Part shown: positions 57,596 to 59,482 of the stretch, piece by piece
Numbering within the stretch: position 1 is the stretch's first letter
Layout: the number at the start of each line of letters is the position of its first letter
Notes under the pieces: model-generated
The model's database searches: none
What the model was told of the DNA's origin: nothing
The model's input: the letters and a program-made list of their open reading frames with translations, nothing else
Assembly: GCA_022844165.1 (NCBI GenBank)
Contig: JALHMH010000029.1
Location: forward strand, 1 to 59,482
Direction: 5' to 3'
Source: Lysobacterales bacterium
GTDB lineage: Bacteria > Pseudomonadota > Gammaproteobacteria > Xanthomonadales > SZUA-5
Length of the DNA stretch: 59,482 nucleotides
Program-made: the position numbers and the translations under genes

Positions 57596-58339
57596 TCAAT
57601 CCATAAAATAGCCGCCGTTGACCGGCAGGTTGGCGCCGGTGATGAAACCCGCATCTTCGGCCGTCAGAAAATCGACGGCACGAGCGATCTCAGACGGCTC
57701 GCCCAGACGGCCCACCGGAATCTTGGCGATGATGTCGTTGCGGATATTTTCGGCGATGTTCATCACCAGCTGCGTACGGCAATAGCCTGGCGAAACCGAA
57801 TTCACGGTCACGCCCTTACGCGCCACTTCCCGCGCCAGCGCCATCGTAAATCCATGCAGCCCCGCCTTTGCTGCCGAATAGTTGGTTTGTCCGAACTGCC
57901 CGGTTTGACCATTCACTGAGCTGATGTTGACAATGCGACCGAACCCGCGATCGCACATGCTGTCGATGAATTGGCGTGTCACGTTGAACGCGCTGTCGAG
58001 ATTCACTCGCATCACGTCCTGCCAGAAGCTCAAGTCCATTTTTCGCAGGGTGGTATCGCGCGTGATCCCAGCTGCGTTCACCAAAATGTCGACAGCGCCG
58101 AAAGTGGCCACCACATCATCGGCAAACGCCTTGCACGCATCGAAACTCGATACGTCGATCGGTCGAAACTCAATTTGCGTGCCGTACGCGCCAACCTCAT
58201 GCTGGAATGCAGCAATGCGCTCGGCGCGAGCGCCCAGATCGGCGGCAATCACGCGCCGCCCGCTGGCCGCCAATTGCATGCAGATCGCTGTACCCAGCCC
58301 ACCAATTCCACCCGTCACCACCGCCAGCCGTTGACTCAT
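57596..58339 (-). CDS. phbB: Acetoacetyl-CoA reductase
   Basis: VTGGIGGLGTAIC, AGITRD, NISSVNGQTGQFGQTNYSAAKAG, IPVGRLG, NGGYFM. Confidence 0.9.
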   Translation of the reverse strand: MSQRLAVVTGGIGGLGTAICMQLAASGRRVIAADLGARAERIAAFQHEVGAYGTQIEFRPIDVSSFDACKAFADDVVATFGAVDILVNAAGITRDTTLRKMDLSFWQDVMRVNLDSAFNVTRQFIDSMCDRGFGRIVNISSVNGQTGQFGQTNYSAAKAGLHGFTMALAREVARKGVTVNSVSPGYCRTQLVMNIAENIRNDIIAKIPVGRLGEPSEIARAVDFLTAEDAGFITGANLPVNGGYFMD

Positions 58340-58499
58340 TGCCTCACCCTGTTGCACCGCAGCAAAACGCGCGATGCTACTGGGGTTTTGATTGACGCGC
58401 CATAGCCCTTCCCTTGATCCGCTCCTGCGTGGAGGCGAATCACCGACGGCCTGTGGATCGCGCGATCGCGCCACCCACAAAGCCGCGTGCGGCGAGTTC

Positions 58500-58746
58500 A
58501 CTGAGAGACGATTGGGAATCTACCAGGACGTCAGATCCGGCCCACAGGCGCGGCGCCTTTGCAGCGTCCCAGCCGCCCGCCTTGCGGCGAATGGGGCTCG
58601 ATCCTGCGCATTGGACGGGACAGGTGAAAGGCATTGGTACAGCGTACTGGCGCAGCGTCGAGGCCATGGTGAAGCATGACAAAGCCATCGACCAAAACTG
58701 GATCAAGGGCAGCGGCTACGCCAGGTGGCTTGCGAAAGCGCGATGA
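58500..58746 (+). pseudogene. C-terminal remnant of a RAYT/Y1-type (HUH) transposase-like gene
   Basis: DW..R....RRGAF....PPALRRMGLDP..W..QVKGIG..YWR..QNWIKG.G resembles the C-terminus of gammaproteobacterial RAYT-like transposases as I recall it; no N-terminal HUH domain or credible start is present. Confidence 0.55.
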
Positions 58747-58958
58747 GCTCAGCCGCCAAGGACGACTAGACGCCGCGGGCGTCTGCCGGCGTTGATGCCG
58801 CGACCGCCGCACGGGCAGTTTCACTGAGATGCGATCGGCAACAGACGCTGCCAGACGCAACGCACGTCGATCGTTGGGCATCGCAAGCATCCGAAAGAAC
58901 CAGACCGCCAGCATGCCCATCCCGCCACACCTGTCAGTCAGCATTCCTCGCGACAAAA

Positions 58959-58976
58959 TGTCAGAAAAATCCGACA
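58959..58976. promoter_or_regulatory. 18-bp imperfect palindrome, same motif as 25473-25490
   Basis: TGTCAGAAAAATCCGACA; 16/18 identical to the reverse complement of 25473-25490. Confidence 0.45.
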
Positions 58977-59082
58977 AGTAGGACGGAACCAGCGCGCCGT
59001 GGAAAAATGACAATGCCGCCATCCACACGCGCGGAATCCGCCATCCGGCCCCCGACACACCATCGTCCATCGTGCCGTGCGC

Positions 59083-59129
59083 GTAGTGGTGGAATCCGCA
59101 CGATGAAGCGTGTGCGGGTTCCACCCTAC
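59083..59129. repeat. GTAG-family REP inverted doublet
   Basis: GTAGTGGTGGAATCCGCAC..GTGCGGGTTCCACCCTAC; the arms are inverted repeats that begin with GTAG. Confidence 0.6.
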
Positions 59130-59220
59130 ACGGAAATCCGCCTTACGCGGGTTGTATCTGGCTCTGTTTAGCCGGCATCTGGCGCCGCAGCGGCAGCGCT
59201 GTTTCTTAACAACCTGCTAG

Positions 59221-59378
59221 TGTGGTGTCCCAGAAGTAAGTTGAACTAAATTTCCGATGGATTTCGGTCCGAGGCAAGGCGAGAGAAGGAGCCATAGCAG
59301 CGCTATGGCGACGACGAACAACGCAGCATTCGGGTCGAAAGACGCGGAAATTGTTCACCTTACTTTTGGGACACCACA
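59221..59378. mobile_element. MITE-like repeat family C (158 bp)
   Basis: 26-bp TIR TGTGGTGTCCCAGAAGTAAGTTGAAC (24/26 match), flanked by CTAG on both sides; internal hairpin GCCATAGC-AGC-GCTATGGC. Confidence 0.85.
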
Positions 59379-59382
59379 CTAG

Positions 59383-59482
59383 TGTGGTGTCCCAAAACTA
59401 ACTTGAACTATTTGTGGCGAGGTTTGTCTTTGTAGAGTACCTCACAGAGACTCTCGCGATGCGCAAGAAAGGGCGGCCGGTA
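59383..59482. mobile_element. Second, tandem family C-related element, truncated by the window edge
   Basis: After the shared CTAG the sequence restarts TGTGGTGTCCCAAAACTAACTTGAACTA, with a different interior. Confidence 0.7.

Noticed and set aside
58531-59124. 197-aa minus-strand ORF, and GGA-rich stretch as an Rsm/Csr-type sRNA
   Set aside because: The ORF spans a REP doublet and the transposase remnant and has no motifs. The GGA motifs are few and not clearly in stem-loops.

Overview
GC-rich bacterial DNA, most likely Xanthomonadales (Rhodanobacteraceae/Ahniella-like; inferred from gene content, not tested). The left 25 kb is one minus-strand, translationally coupled operon of three exported proteins. 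These are a 144-aa protein resembling the T2SS GspC/PilP beta-domain, a 5706-aa modular protein (HEXXH metallopeptidase, QxxDG alpha/alpha-barrel repeats, CARDB/FlgD-Ig/Fn3/beta-propeller modules, a near-terminal FADGFE motif), and a >2480-aa RHS/YD-repeat protein. The RHS protein is missing from the ORF track because it runs off the left edge, and it carries a transglutaminase-like domain that has lost all three catalytic residues. This operon is the best candidate for an undescribed system. The right 34 kb is mostly housekeeping genes with shuffled order (truA-trpFBA, yidD, glnA-ntrBC, rsmG, ubiJ-ubiB, trpE, aat, yccA, phbB, a two-component pair), plus vapBC, a degenerate SLOG-like gene and several secreted proteins. 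Three families of small non-autonomous repeats end in CTAG/CTAA-like 4-mers, stack against each other and often supply stop codons. A RAYT-like transposase remnant with a GTAG-type REP doublet lies near the right end. All domain calls come from reading motifs by eye; no database search was run.
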